In this document: piece by piece, positions 52,794 through 62,318 of the stretch
How the letters are laid out: each line of letters opens with the position of its first letter
Numbering within the stretch: position 1 is the stretch's first letter
Source of the DNA: an uncultured Gemmatimonadales bacterium
GTDB taxonomy: Bacteria > Gemmatimonadota > Gemmatimonadetes > Gemmatimonadales > GWC2-71-9
Length of the DNA: 64,000 nt
Direction of reading: 5' to 3'
Assembly (NCBI GenBank): GCA_963739455.1
Contig: CAVUAK010000001.1
Location: forward strand, 1,408,001-1,472,000
The notes under the pieces: generated by a model
Databases searched by the model: none
Seen by the model: only the letters and a program-made list of their open reading frames with translations
Told to the model about the DNA's origin: nothing
Position numbers and translations under genes: made by a program

Positions 52794-53921
52794 TCAGAGA
52801 ATTGCGGCGAGACCCGCGTCGATGGTGGCTTCGTCGAAGGCAACAGTCCAACTGTCGTTGCGCGCGCCCATCGTACCGATGTCGAGTGGCACCGCGAAGC
52901 GAATCTCGCCGGCGACATTTTTCTTGTCGCGCGTCATGGCCTGGCGCACGCGTTCGGCGTTGGTGCGGAACGTTGTTCGCACCGGGAGGCCGAGCTGCGT
53001 CAGGAGTGCGGCGAGGCGCTCGCAGGTGCCCGGCTGAAGCAACCCACTTCGCTCGGCCATGGCGGACTCCGCGAGGAGACCCAGCCCCACCGCCTGGCCG
53101 TGGAGCAACTGATAGCCCGACACCTGCTCGAGCGCATGCGCCACGGTGTGACCCGCGTTGAGCATCGCGCGCGGACCGGCTTCGCGCTCGTCTCCCGACA
53201 CGACTCCCGCCTTGATCTCGACGCTGCGACGGATGAGGACCTCGAGCGCGCCAAGATCGCGCGCCAGCAAGGGCGCCACGTTGGATTCAATCCAGGACAG
53301 ATAGCCGGCATCGGTGATGAAGCCGTGCTTCACCGCCTCGGTGAGGCCGCTCGCGTATTCAGCATCGGGAAGGCTCCGCAGAGTCGCCGGATCGATGACC
53401 ACAGCGACCGGCGGATGGAATGCGCCGATGAGGTTCTTGCCGTGCGAGGTATCGACACCAGTCTTGCCACCGACCGAGGCATCGAGCATCGCGAGGAGCG
53501 TGGTGGGGACGAGGACGAAGGGCACGCCACGATGGTAGGTGGCGGCCACAAAGCCGGTGAGGTCGCCGATCACGCCACCGCCCAACCCGATGAGCGCGGA
53601 GTCGCGCCCGAAGCCCTGATCAAGCAGAGCATCAGTGAGGCTGGCCCAGGTGTCGCGCGTCTTGAACTTCTCTCCCGGTGCGACGCTCAGGCGCGTTGTC
53701 CAGTCGTGCGCCGAGTGCTTGCCAAGGCGATCGACGGACCAGGAGGAGTTTGCGCCACTCTCCCACGCTTCGTACTGGCGGCCCACCGCCGCATCGGTGA
53801 CCAGCGCGATCGCGCGCGCACCGCAGTGCGCGGCGACGATCTCGGGGAGGTCGGCCAGGGCACCTGGAGCGATGTAGACAGGATACTTGCCCAGCGCGTG
53901 GCGTACGAGAATCGGTTCCAT
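52794..53921 (-). CDS. aroB: 3-dehydroquinate synthase
   Basis: GEKFK, GGGVIGDL.GF.AATY.RG, PTTLLA..DASVGGKTG, KNLIGAF, LN.GHT..HALE, HGQAV. Confidence 0.95.
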   Translation of the reverse strand: MEPILVRHALGKYPVYIAPGALADLPEIVAAHCGARAIALVTDAAVGRQYEAWESGANSSWSVDRLGKHSAHDWTTRLSVAPGEKFKTRDTWASLTDALLDQGFGRDSALIGLGGGVIGDLTGFVAATYHRGVPFVLVPTTLLAMLDASVGGKTGVDTSHGKNLIGAFHPPVAVVIDPATLRSLPDAEYASGLTEAVKHGFITDAGYLSWIESNVAPLLARDLGALEVLIRRSVEIKAGVVSGDEREAGPRAMLNAGHTVAHALEQVSGYQLLHGQAVGLGLLAESAMAERSGLLQPGTCERLAALLTQLGLPVRTTFRTNAERVRQAMTRDKKNVAGEIRFAVPLDIGTMGARNDSWTVAFDEATIDAGLAAIL

Positions 53922-53922
53922 G

Positions 53923-54468
53923 CTACCAGGTCACGTCGCCGGTGCCGGCGCGATGATTGGCAAGGCGCGCCAGCGTGAAGAGGAGATCAGATAGGCGGTT
54001 GAGATACACGATGAACAGCTCGGGCACGGTGTCCTGGCCCGCGAGATGAACGACCTGCCGCTCGGCGCGCCGGCAGACGGTGCGGGCGAGATGCAGTGCC
54101 GCAGCCTTTGGTGTCCCAGCGGGCAGCACGAACGCCGTGAGGGGTGCGAGCTCGAGGTCGGCGGCATCGATGACGCGCTCGAACTCGGTGACTCGATCGG
54201 CGGAGAGGCTCGCCTTCTCGAGCGCCTTCCGGACCTTGTCGGGATCGGGCGTGGCGAGATGCCCACCGATGGAGAAGAGGTCGCGCTGGATCGACTCGAG
54301 CAGGGCGTCCTCGAATTCGACCGGTGCGGTGGCACGGACCAGGCCAATGACGGAGTTGAGCTCGTCAACGTCGCCGTAGGCAACGACGCGAATATGGTCC
54401 TTGGGGACACGGCCGCCGCCGAAGAGGCCAGTGGAGCCGGTGTCGCCGGTCTTGGTGTAGATCTTCAC
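53923..54468 (-). CDS. pduO: ATP:cob(I)alamin adenosyltransferase (PduO type)
   Basis: KIYTKTGD.G.T, YGDVDELNS, ARTVCRRAER, YLNRLSDLLF. Confidence 0.93.
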   Translation of the reverse strand: MKIYTKTGDTGSTGLFGGGRVPKDHIRVVAYGDVDELNSVIGLVRATAPVEFEDALLESIQRDLFSIGGHLATPDPDKVRKALEKASLSADRVTEFERVIDAADLELAPLTAFVLPAGTPKAAALHLARTVCRRAERQVVHLAGQDTVPELFIVYLNRLSDLLFTLARLANHRAGTGDVTW

Positions 54469-54470
54469 GC

Positions 54471-54525
54471 GACTGCAACAGCGTGAGGAGGAACTGCGAC
54501 GGCGTGAGGAGGAACTGAAACAGCG
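54471..54525 (+). repeat. 21-bp repeat family copy
   Basis: gactgc aacagcgtgaggaggaactgc gacggcgtgaggaggaactga aacagcg. Confidence 0.85.
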
Positions 54526-54532
54526 GGCATGA

Positions 54533-55925
54533 TCAGGGTCCTCCTTTCAGGGCAGACAGCATTTCGGGGATGCGGGTGAACTTCTCTCGCGGGGCGCCGC
54601 GGGTCTTGCCGGCGGCCTGCTCGAGTTCATCCAGCTTCTTCCAGTCGGCGAAACGTCACGACCTGCACGCCACGGGACTTGAGCATCTGATCGACCGCGG
54701 TACGGATACCGCGTGCCTTCGGCTTGAGGGCGCCGCTCGCCACATCCTCCAGCAGCAGGTCAACCGTCTCGGCGGAGTCGGGCTTGTTGGTGCCGATGAC
54801 GCCGCTCGGGCCACGCTTGATCCAGCCGACCGCGTATACCCCGGCGAGCATCTCCATGGCACCCGGTGCCACGAGCACGCGTCCCTCGACATTGGGAATG
54901 ACGCCGGCGCGCTGGTCGAATGGCACGCCCGGAATCGCCACGCCCTTGTAGCCCACGGAACGAAAGATGAGGCCGGCAGGTAACGTTTCGGTCTCGCCGG
55001 TGGCCTCGGCGCGAAGCTCACCATGCGGCGCCCGCACCAGGCGGTTCCTCGAAATCTTCACTCCTTCCACACGATTGCTACCGAGTATTTCTACGGGCGA
55101 CACGAGGAACCGAAGCACGATGCGGCGCTTCCGCCCCGATGGCTTGCGCTCGGCGAACTGGTGCAGGGTGTGAAGGTTCTTCTCCGCGGTGCGGTCCTCG
55201 TGGCCGGTGAGCTGGTGCGCGCTGTGCTCATCGAGCTCGAGTTCGCGAGGGTCCACCACCACATCCGCCTCAGCGAGCTCGCCCAGCTCCTTGAGCTCGG
55301 GATTGGTGAACGCGGCCTGCGCTGGACCGCGGCGACCGAGCACGTAGATGGTACCCACCTTGCTGGCGCGGAGCTCCTCGAGCGCGTGACCCGAGATGTC
55401 GGTGGGGGTGAGCTCGTCCATGCTGCTCGCCAGGATGCGGGTGACATCCATGGCGACGTTGCCCATGCCGACAATGACGGCGCTGGTGGAGCCGAGCTCG
55501 AAGCGCCGATCGCGATAGTCGGGGTGCCCATTGTACCAGCCGACGAACTCGGTGGCGGCATGACTCCCGGCCAGTTCCTCGCCCGGTATGCCAAGGTGCC
55601 GGTCGGTCTGTGCACCCGAGGCATAGATGACGGCGTCGTACAGCGCGTGCAGCTCGGAGTGATCGATGCTGCTGCCGATCCTCACGTTGCCGAGAAAGCG
55701 AAAACCGGGATGTGCGGCAATCCGCTCGTACATGCGGGTGACCGACTTGATCTTGGGATGATCGGGCGCCACGCCGCCGCGCACCAACCCATACGGTGTC
55801 GGCAGTCGATCGAACATGTCGATCTCGACGGCGGGCACCTTCTTCTGCAGGTGCTCCGCGGCGTAGAACCCCGACGGGCCGGACCCGACGATGGCAACGC
55901 GGAGCGATCCAGGCTGGGCAGTCAC
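54533..55925 (-). CDS. fprA: Ferredoxin--NADP+ reductase (FprA/adrenodoxin reductase type); frameshift near 54650
   Basis: IVGSGPSG, PYGLVRGGVAPDH, FVGWYNGHP, G.GNVAMDV, GRRGP.QAAF, GWIKRGPSGVIGTN. Confidence 0.9.
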
Positions 55926-55926
55926 G

Positions 55927-57465
55927 TCAGCGTCCCTTCATCATCTCGACCACAACGCTATCGAGCTGGGTGAGTATGGCCGAGCTGGGCAAGGTGTGGT
56001 GGTTCGCCTGCACCGAGAACGTGATGACCTTGCCGCTCTCGAGGTTTACCCAGCCCGAAAGCGTGTTGGTGCGCGAGATGCTGCCGGTCTTGGCATGCAC
56101 GCGCCCCTCGATGGGTGTCCCGACGAACCGGTTCTTGAGCGACCCGCGCTGGCCGGACTGCGGCAGCCCGGCAGTGAACGTGGCCGCATGCGGGTGGGTC
56201 CGGATGAACCGCAGCACCTGGGTGAATGCCAGCGGGCTCACCAGGTTGGACGCGGCGAGCCCCGAGCCATCAACGAGCGCGATCTGGGTGGAGTCGACGC
56301 CAATCGAGTCGATGAGGAAGCGGCGCTCGATGCGGAGGCCCTCATCCCAGCTGCCGGCGCGACCGAACTGCTTCCCGAGCTGCTTCAGGGTCATCTCGGC
56401 GTACCAGTTCTGGCTGGTGTTCAGGATCGGGAAGATCCAGTCCTTGAGCGGGCGGCTGGTGACCTCGGCGAGCGGCGTGCCGCGGCGCACGATCTCGAAC
56501 GTCATGGAGTCGGTGGTCGAGCGCGTGGTGCCAAGGACTGCGATGCCCTGTGCCGCGAGAGCAGCGCGCAGCGCCCGCGCAGCGAACATGTTGGGATCGG
56601 GCAGGGCGAAGGACTCGGTGCGGGGGCGGCGCCCCGCCTCGACGTTGCCCTGGGCCCAGACGGAAAGCGTGCCCGCCGTGCGGAAGAAGTCGATGGTCTC
56701 GTCCTGCCCGCGGGCGACCGTCTTCGTCTGGTTGTCGAGGGTGACGTCACCGAAATCGGGGGTAAATGTCAGCGTTGCGGGCGGGCCCACGCTGTCGCCA
56801 GTGGAGTACTTGATGTCGATGCTGTTGTCGTTGTAGCCGAGCCCGCTCACTGGTGCCGCGTACCACCAGTTGAGGTCGTAGCCCTCCCATGCGGGGTGCA
56901 CGATCATGGGCTCGAACCAGCTCCCGTCTCCCACCACGTTGCCGGACACGGAGGTGATGCCGGCACGCGCGAGCTGGGTGGCGAGGTCGCTGAGCTTCTG
57001 CATCGGGTTCGTGTCGCAGGCGCCTGCCACGGTGGTATCGACGGCGTAGCAGCGCTCACTGAAGGTCGGGTCGCCGCGGCCGTAGAGCACCAGGTCTCCC
57101 TGCAGCACGCCATTCACGACGGGACCGCTGCCGTAGAGGCTCGTCCGCACGGTGAAGTCGGGCGAGAAGAGCGCGGCGGCGACGGCGCTCACCACGATCT
57201 TGGTGTTGCTCGCGGGCACGAACAGGCGATCGGCGTTGCGACCGTAGAGCAGGGTGCCCTTGTCGTCCACGAGAGCGACGCCCCAGAGCTGGCGGTTGTA
57301 CGGCGGCTGGTCCAGCCGGGAGTCAAGTCGCTTCTGAAGAGACGCCGCCTGGGCGTGAAGACGTGAAGACGTGAAGACGTGAGGTGACAGTAGGACAAGA
57401 AGTGTGAGAACCGCAAGGAATCTCCTCACGTCCTCACGTCCGCACGTCCTCACGTCCTCAGTCAT
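55927..57465 (-). CDS. dacB: D-alanyl-D-alanine carboxypeptidase/endopeptidase PBP4 (S13); alternative start GTG at 57429
   Basis: SxxK in PASNTK, G.GDP, SxN in SQN, DGSGL, KTG. Confidence 0.93.
   Translation of the reverse strand: MTEDVRTCGREDVRRFLAVLTLLVLLSPHVFTSSRLHAQAASLQKRLDSRLDQPPYNRQLWGVALVDDKGTLLYGRNADRLFVPASNTKIVVSAVAAALFSPDFTVRTSLYGSGPVVNGVLQGDLVLYGRGDPTFSERCYAVDTTVAGACDTNPMQKLSDLATQLARAGITSVSGNVVGDGSWFEPMIVHPAWEGYDLNWWYAAPVSGLGYNDNSIDIKYSTGDSVGPPATLTFTPDFGDVTLDNQTKTVARGQDETIDFFRTAGTLSVWAQGNVEAGRRPRTESFALPDPNMFAARALRAALAAQGIAVLGTTRSTTDSMTFEIVRRGTPLAEVTSRPLKDWIFPILNTSQNWYAEMTLKQLGKQFGRAGSWDEGLRIERRFLIDSIGVDSTQIALVDGSGLAASNLVSPLAFTQVLRFIRTHPHAATFTAGLPQSGQRGSLKNRFVGTPIEGRVHAKTGSISRTNTLSGWVNLESGKVITFSVQANHHTLPSSAILTQLDSVVVEMMKGR
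57354..57460. repeat. Inverted pair of octamer arrays, (CGTGAAGA)x3 and (CTCACGTC)x4, in the dacB 5' end
   Basis: Read directly at 57354-57383 and 57423-57460. Confidence 0.88.
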
Positions 57466-58378
57466 ACGCCACTCGCGGATCAGCTTTCGCATAGAGCAGG
57501 TCGGTCACCAGGTTGACGAAAACAAACAAGACACTCAGGAACAAAATGCTGCCCTGCACCGCGGGGAGGTCGCGCTTCTCGATCGCGGTCAGCACGTAGC
57601 GCCCCACGCCGGGCCAGGAAAAGATCGTCTCGGTAAGAATGGACCCGGTAAGGTAGCTGCCGAAGTCGAGTCCGAGCACCGTGATGACCGGCAGGAGCGC
57701 ATTCCGGAGCCCATGATGCAGCAGCACCCGGGCCTCGCCCAATCCCTTGGCGCGGGCGGTCCGGATGAAGTCGCTCTGCAGTGCCTCCTGCAGCGCCGCC
57801 CGGGTCATGCGCGCGATGACCGCAATGGAGCGCATGCCGAGCGTCGTGGCCGGGAGGATGAGGTAGATGAACCCCCATGATCCCGACGGCGGGAGCCAGC
57901 GGAGCTGCACCGCGAAGACGAGGATCAGTACCAGGCCCACCCAGTACACCGGGAACGATACGCCGAGGTACGCCCCGAGGGTGAGGAAGCGGTCGAGCCA
58001 TCCACCGGGGCGCCAGGCGCCGTAGATACCGACGGCGAGGCCGATGGTGGTGGCGAAGATCATGGCGGCGAGGGCCAGCCGGAGTGTCGCCGGGAAGCGG
58101 TGGCGCAGCTCGGAGACGATGGACCGCCGGGTGATGTACGACGTGCCGAGGTCACCCTTGAGGATGTTGCCGACATAGTGCGCGAACTGCTTCGGGAGCG
58201 GCTCGTCGAGGCGGAGCTCCTTGCGGAGTCGTGCCAGCGTCTCGGGGTCGGCGCGCTCGCCCACCATGGCCTGCACCGGATCGCCGGGGGCGACGTAGAG
58301 CAGCAGGAAGGTCACCAGCAGCACGCCGAGCAGGGTCGGGACGAGGAGGGCAACGCGAAGCCCGAGGAATCGCATCAT
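57458..58378 (-). CDS. Peptide/nickel ABC transporter permease (DppB/OppB type)
   Basis: PGDP, GDLG.S, EAA-like IRTARAKGL, RNALLPV, ETIFSWPG.G, DLLY...DPR. Confidence 0.93.
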   Translation of the reverse strand: MMRFLGLRVALLVPTLLGVLLVTFLLLYVAPGDPVQAMVGERADPETLARLRKELRLDEPLPKQFAHYVGNILKGDLGTSYITRRSIVSELRHRFPATLRLALAAMIFATTIGLAVGIYGAWRPGGWLDRFLTLGAYLGVSFPVYWVGLVLILVFAVQLRWLPPSGSWGFIYLILPATTLGMRSIAVIARMTRAALQEALQSDFIRTARAKGLGEARVLLHHGLRNALLPVITVLGLDFGSYLTGSILTETIFSWPGVGRYVLTAIEKRDLPAVQGSILFLSVLFVFVNLVTDLLYAKADPRVAYD

Positions 58379-59928
58379 GGCTTCGCGTCCCCGCCGATGA
58401 TGTGTGCCTGCTGCCACCGCTGACCGTTGAAGATCGCGGGAATGCTCCAGCCTTCCACCCTCGGGTTGCGCGCGTAGAGATCCACGGGATGCCAGAGAAA
58501 GATCCACGGCGCCAGCGCAAAGATGCGGGCGTCGGTCTCGCGGGCGAGCCGGGCCTTCTCGGCTTCGTCCACCGTGGTGCGGACGCGGACGGTAAGGCTG
58601 TCGATGACCGGATCCTTCAAGAAGGCGTAGTTCCCACCGGTACCAGCATTCCTCGAGTTGAAGAGCGGGTAGGTGAAGTTCTCGGGATCGGGATAGTCGG
58701 CGTACCAGTCGGTGAGGAAGAGGTCGGCCTCGCCCTTCCGGACGGCGGCGCGGGCACTCGACGCGTCACGCTGGACAATTTCAACCTGAATGCCGACGGC
58801 CGCGAGGTCCTGCTGCACCGCCTGCGCGATGCGGGCGTACTCGGGTCGCTGCGAGCGCCAGAGCTTGAGCGAGAGCCCGTTGGCATGACCTGCGGCGGCG
58901 AGCAGTGCGCGCGCGCTGTCGGGATCGTGGGGAAAGGGTGCCCGGGTGGAGTCGTAGCCGGTGATCCCCGGCGGGATGACACCGTGGGCCTGGAGTCCAC
59001 GTCCCGCCATCACCGTCTGCAGCAGTGTGGGCACGTCGACGGCAAGGTTGAGCGCCTGGCGCACTCGCACGTCGCTCAGGGGACCGCGCGTGGTGTTGAT
59101 CGCGATGTAGAGGTCGCGAATGGTGGGTCGCCGCTGGAGTTCGCTGCCGTGCCGCTCCTCCCAGCGCCGCGTCTCACCGAAGGGAATTTCCACGACGCTC
59201 AGTCCGCCGCGCTCGTACTCGGCGGCCTGGGTGAGGGGCTCGGGGATGATGCGGATGCGCATGCTGTCTGCCAGCGGAACGGATCCCCAGTATGCGGGGT
59301 TCTTCGCGAGCACGATGTAGTCGTCGTGGGACCAGGAGACGAAGCGCCAGGGCCCGCTGCCAATGGGCGCCTGGTCGAAGTCGTCTCCCGTTGGCGTGGG
59401 CACGATACCGGTGGACGGCATGGCCACCAGCTTGGGGAAGATGTTGAGCGGTTCCTCGAGGGTGATGACCAGGGTGGAATCGTCGGTGACGACGAGGCCG
59501 CTCACGCCGGGTGCGTCGCCCTTGTTGAAGGCCCGCGCGCCGAGAATGGGGTATAGGGGCCAGGGGCGTCCGCCGAGTGACTTCGGGGAGAGGGCGCGGA
59601 GCCAGGACGCCTCGACATCGGTGGCACGGACGGGCCGGCCGTCGTGGAAGGTGGCGTTGGTGCGGAGATGGAAGGTGTAGCGCGATCCGGTGGGGTCCAC
59701 GTCCCACGATTGCGCGAGGCCAGGCTGGAGCCGGCCGTCGACATCGAACTGGGTGAGGTTGTCGAACAGGAGCGCGTCCACCTCGCCGGTCGGGACGTCG
59801 GTGGAGAAGGCCGGATCGAGCGAGCGCGGGTCGTAGGTGAAGTAGTACTCGAGCGTGCGGCTGGGTCCCTTCGGACTACAGGCCGCGAGCCCGATTGCGA
59901 TGCCGAGGGCGGGAAAATGGCGCTTCAG
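58375..59928 (-). CDS. ABC transporter substrate-binding lipoprotein, family 5 (peptide); start uncertain
   Basis: GLAAC lipobox, SLDP, LAQSW, YTFHLR...FHDG, PIGSGPW, VRQAL..AVD. Confidence 0.9.
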   Translation of the reverse strand: MKRHFPALGIAIGLAACSPKGPSRTLEYYFTYDPRSLDPAFSTDVPTGEVDALLFDNLTQFDVDGRLQPGLAQSWDVDPTGSRYTFHLRTNATFHDGRPVRATDVEASWLRALSPKSLGGRPWPLYPILGARAFNKGDAPGVSGLVVTDDSTLVITLEEPLNIFPKLVAMPSTGIVPTPTGDDFDQAPIGSGPWRFVSWSHDDYIVLAKNPAYWGSVPLADSMRIRIIPEPLTQAAEYERGGLSVVEIPFGETRRWEERHGSELQRRPTIRDLYIAINTTRGPLSDVRVRQALNLAVDVPTLLQTVMAGRGLQAHGVIPPGITGYDSTRAPFPHDPDSARALLAAAGHANGLSLKLWRSQRPEYARIAQAVQQDLAAVGIQVEIVQRDASSARAAVRKGEADLFLTDWYADYPDPENFTYPLFNSRNAGTGGNYAFLKDPVIDSLTVRVRTTVDEAEKARLARETDARIFALAPWIFLWHPVDLYARNPRVEGWSIPAIFNGQRWQQAHIIGGDAKP

Positions 59929-59995
59929 GGGTGATATGATCGAGGCGCTCCGGAGGCGCTGGGGGGCAGGCGGCGTTCGGCTACCGGTCAAAACA

Positions 59996-60024
59996 TTGAC
60001 ACTGCGCCCTAACGCTGCAAAAAT
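59996..60024 (+). promoter_or_regulatory. Possible sigma-70 promoter for the tamA/tamB-like operon
   Basis: TTGACA-17 nt-AAAAAT in an AT-richer divergent intergenic region. Confidence 0.4.
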
Positions 60025-60152
60025 ACATGGGTTAGCTAACGTCGTCAATCGTCGCTGTGGCTCCGAATGTGGGTCGTGGAGCGAGCGCAAGCGGCTCGGG
60101 AGTGTCGTATTTCTTTGCAGATAATCAGCTCTCCGCCCGCCAGGCGAAGCGC

Positions 60153-62318
60153 GTGAAGTTCGCGCGGGCCAGCCTCCTCGCGGGGGCGCTGGTAGTTGTG
60201 GCGTTGGTATCACCCGCTCGCGTGCTGGCGCAGGATGGCGAGCGGATGGTGCGCGCGCTCCACTTCGAGGGTAACAAGGCGATCGACAACGCGACGCTTG
60301 CGGCGTCGATCTCGACGTCGAACTCGAACTGGTGGTCGCGGACCGGGGCGGTGAAGTGGATCGGGCTGGGCACGCCCAAGTACGTGAATGAGCGGGAACT
60401 GCAGCGGGACGTGCTGCGCATCCAGGTGCTGTATCGCCGGAGCGGGTTTCCGTCGGCCACGGTGGACACGGTCATCAAGCGCACCGAACAGGACATCTGG
60501 ATCACCTTCAAGGTCACCGAGGGTGCGCCGATCGTGCTGGAGCGCCTGGCCTTCGACGGGCTGGATTCGCTCCCGCCGAAGTTGCAGAAGGAAGTGACGG
60601 AGGACCTTCCGCTGCGGGAGGGGAAGCCATTCAACCTGACGCGACTGCAGATGAGCATCGACACGGTGTCGCTGCGGCTGCGGAATCGCGGGTACCCGAC
60701 GGTGGACATCTTCCGCGCGTTCTCGTCGGACAGCGCCACGCGGAAGGCGGATGCGACGCTGACAGTGGAGACGGGGAAGCACTACAGCTTCGGCTCCGTG
60801 CGGGTGGTGGGGACGGAGCGGGTGGACACGAGCGTGGTGCGGGCGCTGCTGGTGGTGAAGGAGGACCGCCCCTTCTCCGAACGCGAGATCACGGCGAGCC
60901 AGCTGAACCTCTACCGGTCTGACCTCTTCAGCCTGGCACAGGTGACGCTCGACACGGCGGCCTTCGAGAAGGCCGACACGGTGGTGCCGGTGCTGGTGAC
61001 GATCGCCGAGGCAAAGCGGCGGACGGTGCGCGCCAGCGCCGGCTACGCGTCACAGGACTGCTTCCGGGTGAGCGCCGGCTGGGCGATGCGCAATTTCCTC
61101 GGGTCGGGGCGCATCCTGGACATCAGCGCGCAGGCCTCGAAGATCGGCGTGGCCTCGCAGCCGGGGTTCGTGAACTGGAACCTGGAGAACAGCCTCTGCC
61201 CCGGCGTGGTGGAGAACGGCGAGGTCGAAATCGGCTCGCGCAAGATCAACTACAACGTGACGGTGTCGGTGCGACGCCCGGCGTTCCTGTCGACGCAGAA
61301 CTCGATGACGCTGTCGGGTTTCTCGGAGCGGCGCAGCGAGTACAGCATCTACACCCGCGATGACATCGGCGTGGGGATCGCGCTGCTGCGCGAGTCACCG
61401 GTGCGGCGTGACCCGCTCACGATCGCCTACACCTTCTCGTACGGTGCCACGCAGGCGACACCGGCGGCGTTCTGTTCGTACTTCAGCGTGTGTACTCCCG
61501 AGGTGCGTGCCGCGCAGTCACTGCGGCGGCCGATCGCGGTGTTGAGTGCCACGGCGACGTGGCCGCGGGTGAACAACCCGGTGGACCCGACGCGGGGCCG
61601 GCTGTTCTCGGCGGAGGTGGCGTGGAGCTCCGCGCTGATCGGGTCGTCGTCGCTGCAGCAGTTCACCCGGTTTGCGGTGGAGGGTCGCTGGTACCGCACC
61701 ATCGCGCCGGACGTGGTGCTGGCGTGGCGGGCGCGCGTGGGCCGGGTGTTCGGGCGGAGCACTGACAACCAGGTGAGCGGCAACTTCGTGCCGGTCGAGC
61801 AGCGGTTCTACGGTGGCGGGCCGAACGACGTGCGCGGTTTTCCCTACAACCAGCTCGGCCCGATCGTCTACGTGATCTCGGATGCCGACACGGCGGGGTA
61901 CGCCGCGAACCCGCAGGTACTCGACGACAACGCGGTGCCGTTCGCCACCGGCGGCAACGTGCAGCTGATCGGCAACGTGGAGGTGCGCTTCCCGGCGCCG
62001 GTACTGCGGGGCCGGATGCGACTCGCGGCGTTCATCGATGCCGGCGGCGTGTGGCAGACGAATGACCCGGTCAACCGGGAGAAGCGCATCGTGGCGACGC
62101 CGGGCATGGGCCTGCGCCTGGTGACGCCGGTGGGGCCGCTGCGCTTCGACGTGGCGTACAGCTGGAACCGGCTGCAGTACGGCACGGTGTACGTCAGCAA
62201 CTCGGTGACGGAGGACCTGACCGAGCTGCGCCCGGTGCCGGGTGGCCCGCCGCTCACGTTCCAGCCGATCAACCCGGGCGGGTGGCAGCTCAACCTGACC
62301 GTGGGGCAGCCGTTCTGA
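60153..62318 (+). CDS. BamA/TamA (Omp85) family outer membrane protein
   Basis: POTRA-like repeats (FEGN, Y...GF, L.NRGY), RFYGGGPNDVRGF, TPVGPLRFDVA, C-terminal GQPF. Confidence 0.9.
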   Translation: MKFARASLLAGALVVVALVSPARVLAQDGERMVRALHFEGNKAIDNATLAASISTSNSNWWSRTGAVKWIGLGTPKYVNERELQRDVLRIQVLYRRSGFPSATVDTVIKRTEQDIWITFKVTEGAPIVLERLAFDGLDSLPPKLQKEVTEDLPLREGKPFNLTRLQMSIDTVSLRLRNRGYPTVDIFRAFSSDSATRKADATLTVETGKHYSFGSVRVVGTERVDTSVVRALLVVKEDRPFSEREITASQLNLYRSDLFSLAQVTLDTAAFEKADTVVPVLVTIAEAKRRTVRASAGYASQDCFRVSAGWAMRNFLGSGRILDISAQASKIGVASQPGFVNWNLENSLCPGVVENGEVEIGSRKINYNVTVSVRRPAFLSTQNSMTLSGFSERRSEYSIYTRDDIGVGIALLRESPVRRDPLTIAYTFSYGATQATPAAFCSYFSVCTPEVRAAQSLRRPIAVLSATATWPRVNNPVDPTRGRLFSAEVAWSSALIGSSSLQQFTRFAVEGRWYRTIAPDVVLAWRARVGRVFGRSTDNQVSGNFVPVEQRFYGGGPNDVRGFPYNQLGPIVYVISDADTAGYAANPQVLDDNAVPFATGGNVQLIGNVEVRFPAPVLRGRMRLAAFIDAGGVWQTNDPVNREKRIVATPGMGLRLVTPVGPLRFDVAYSWNRLQYGTVYVSNSVTEDLTELRPVPGGPPLTFQPINPGGWQLNLTVGQPF

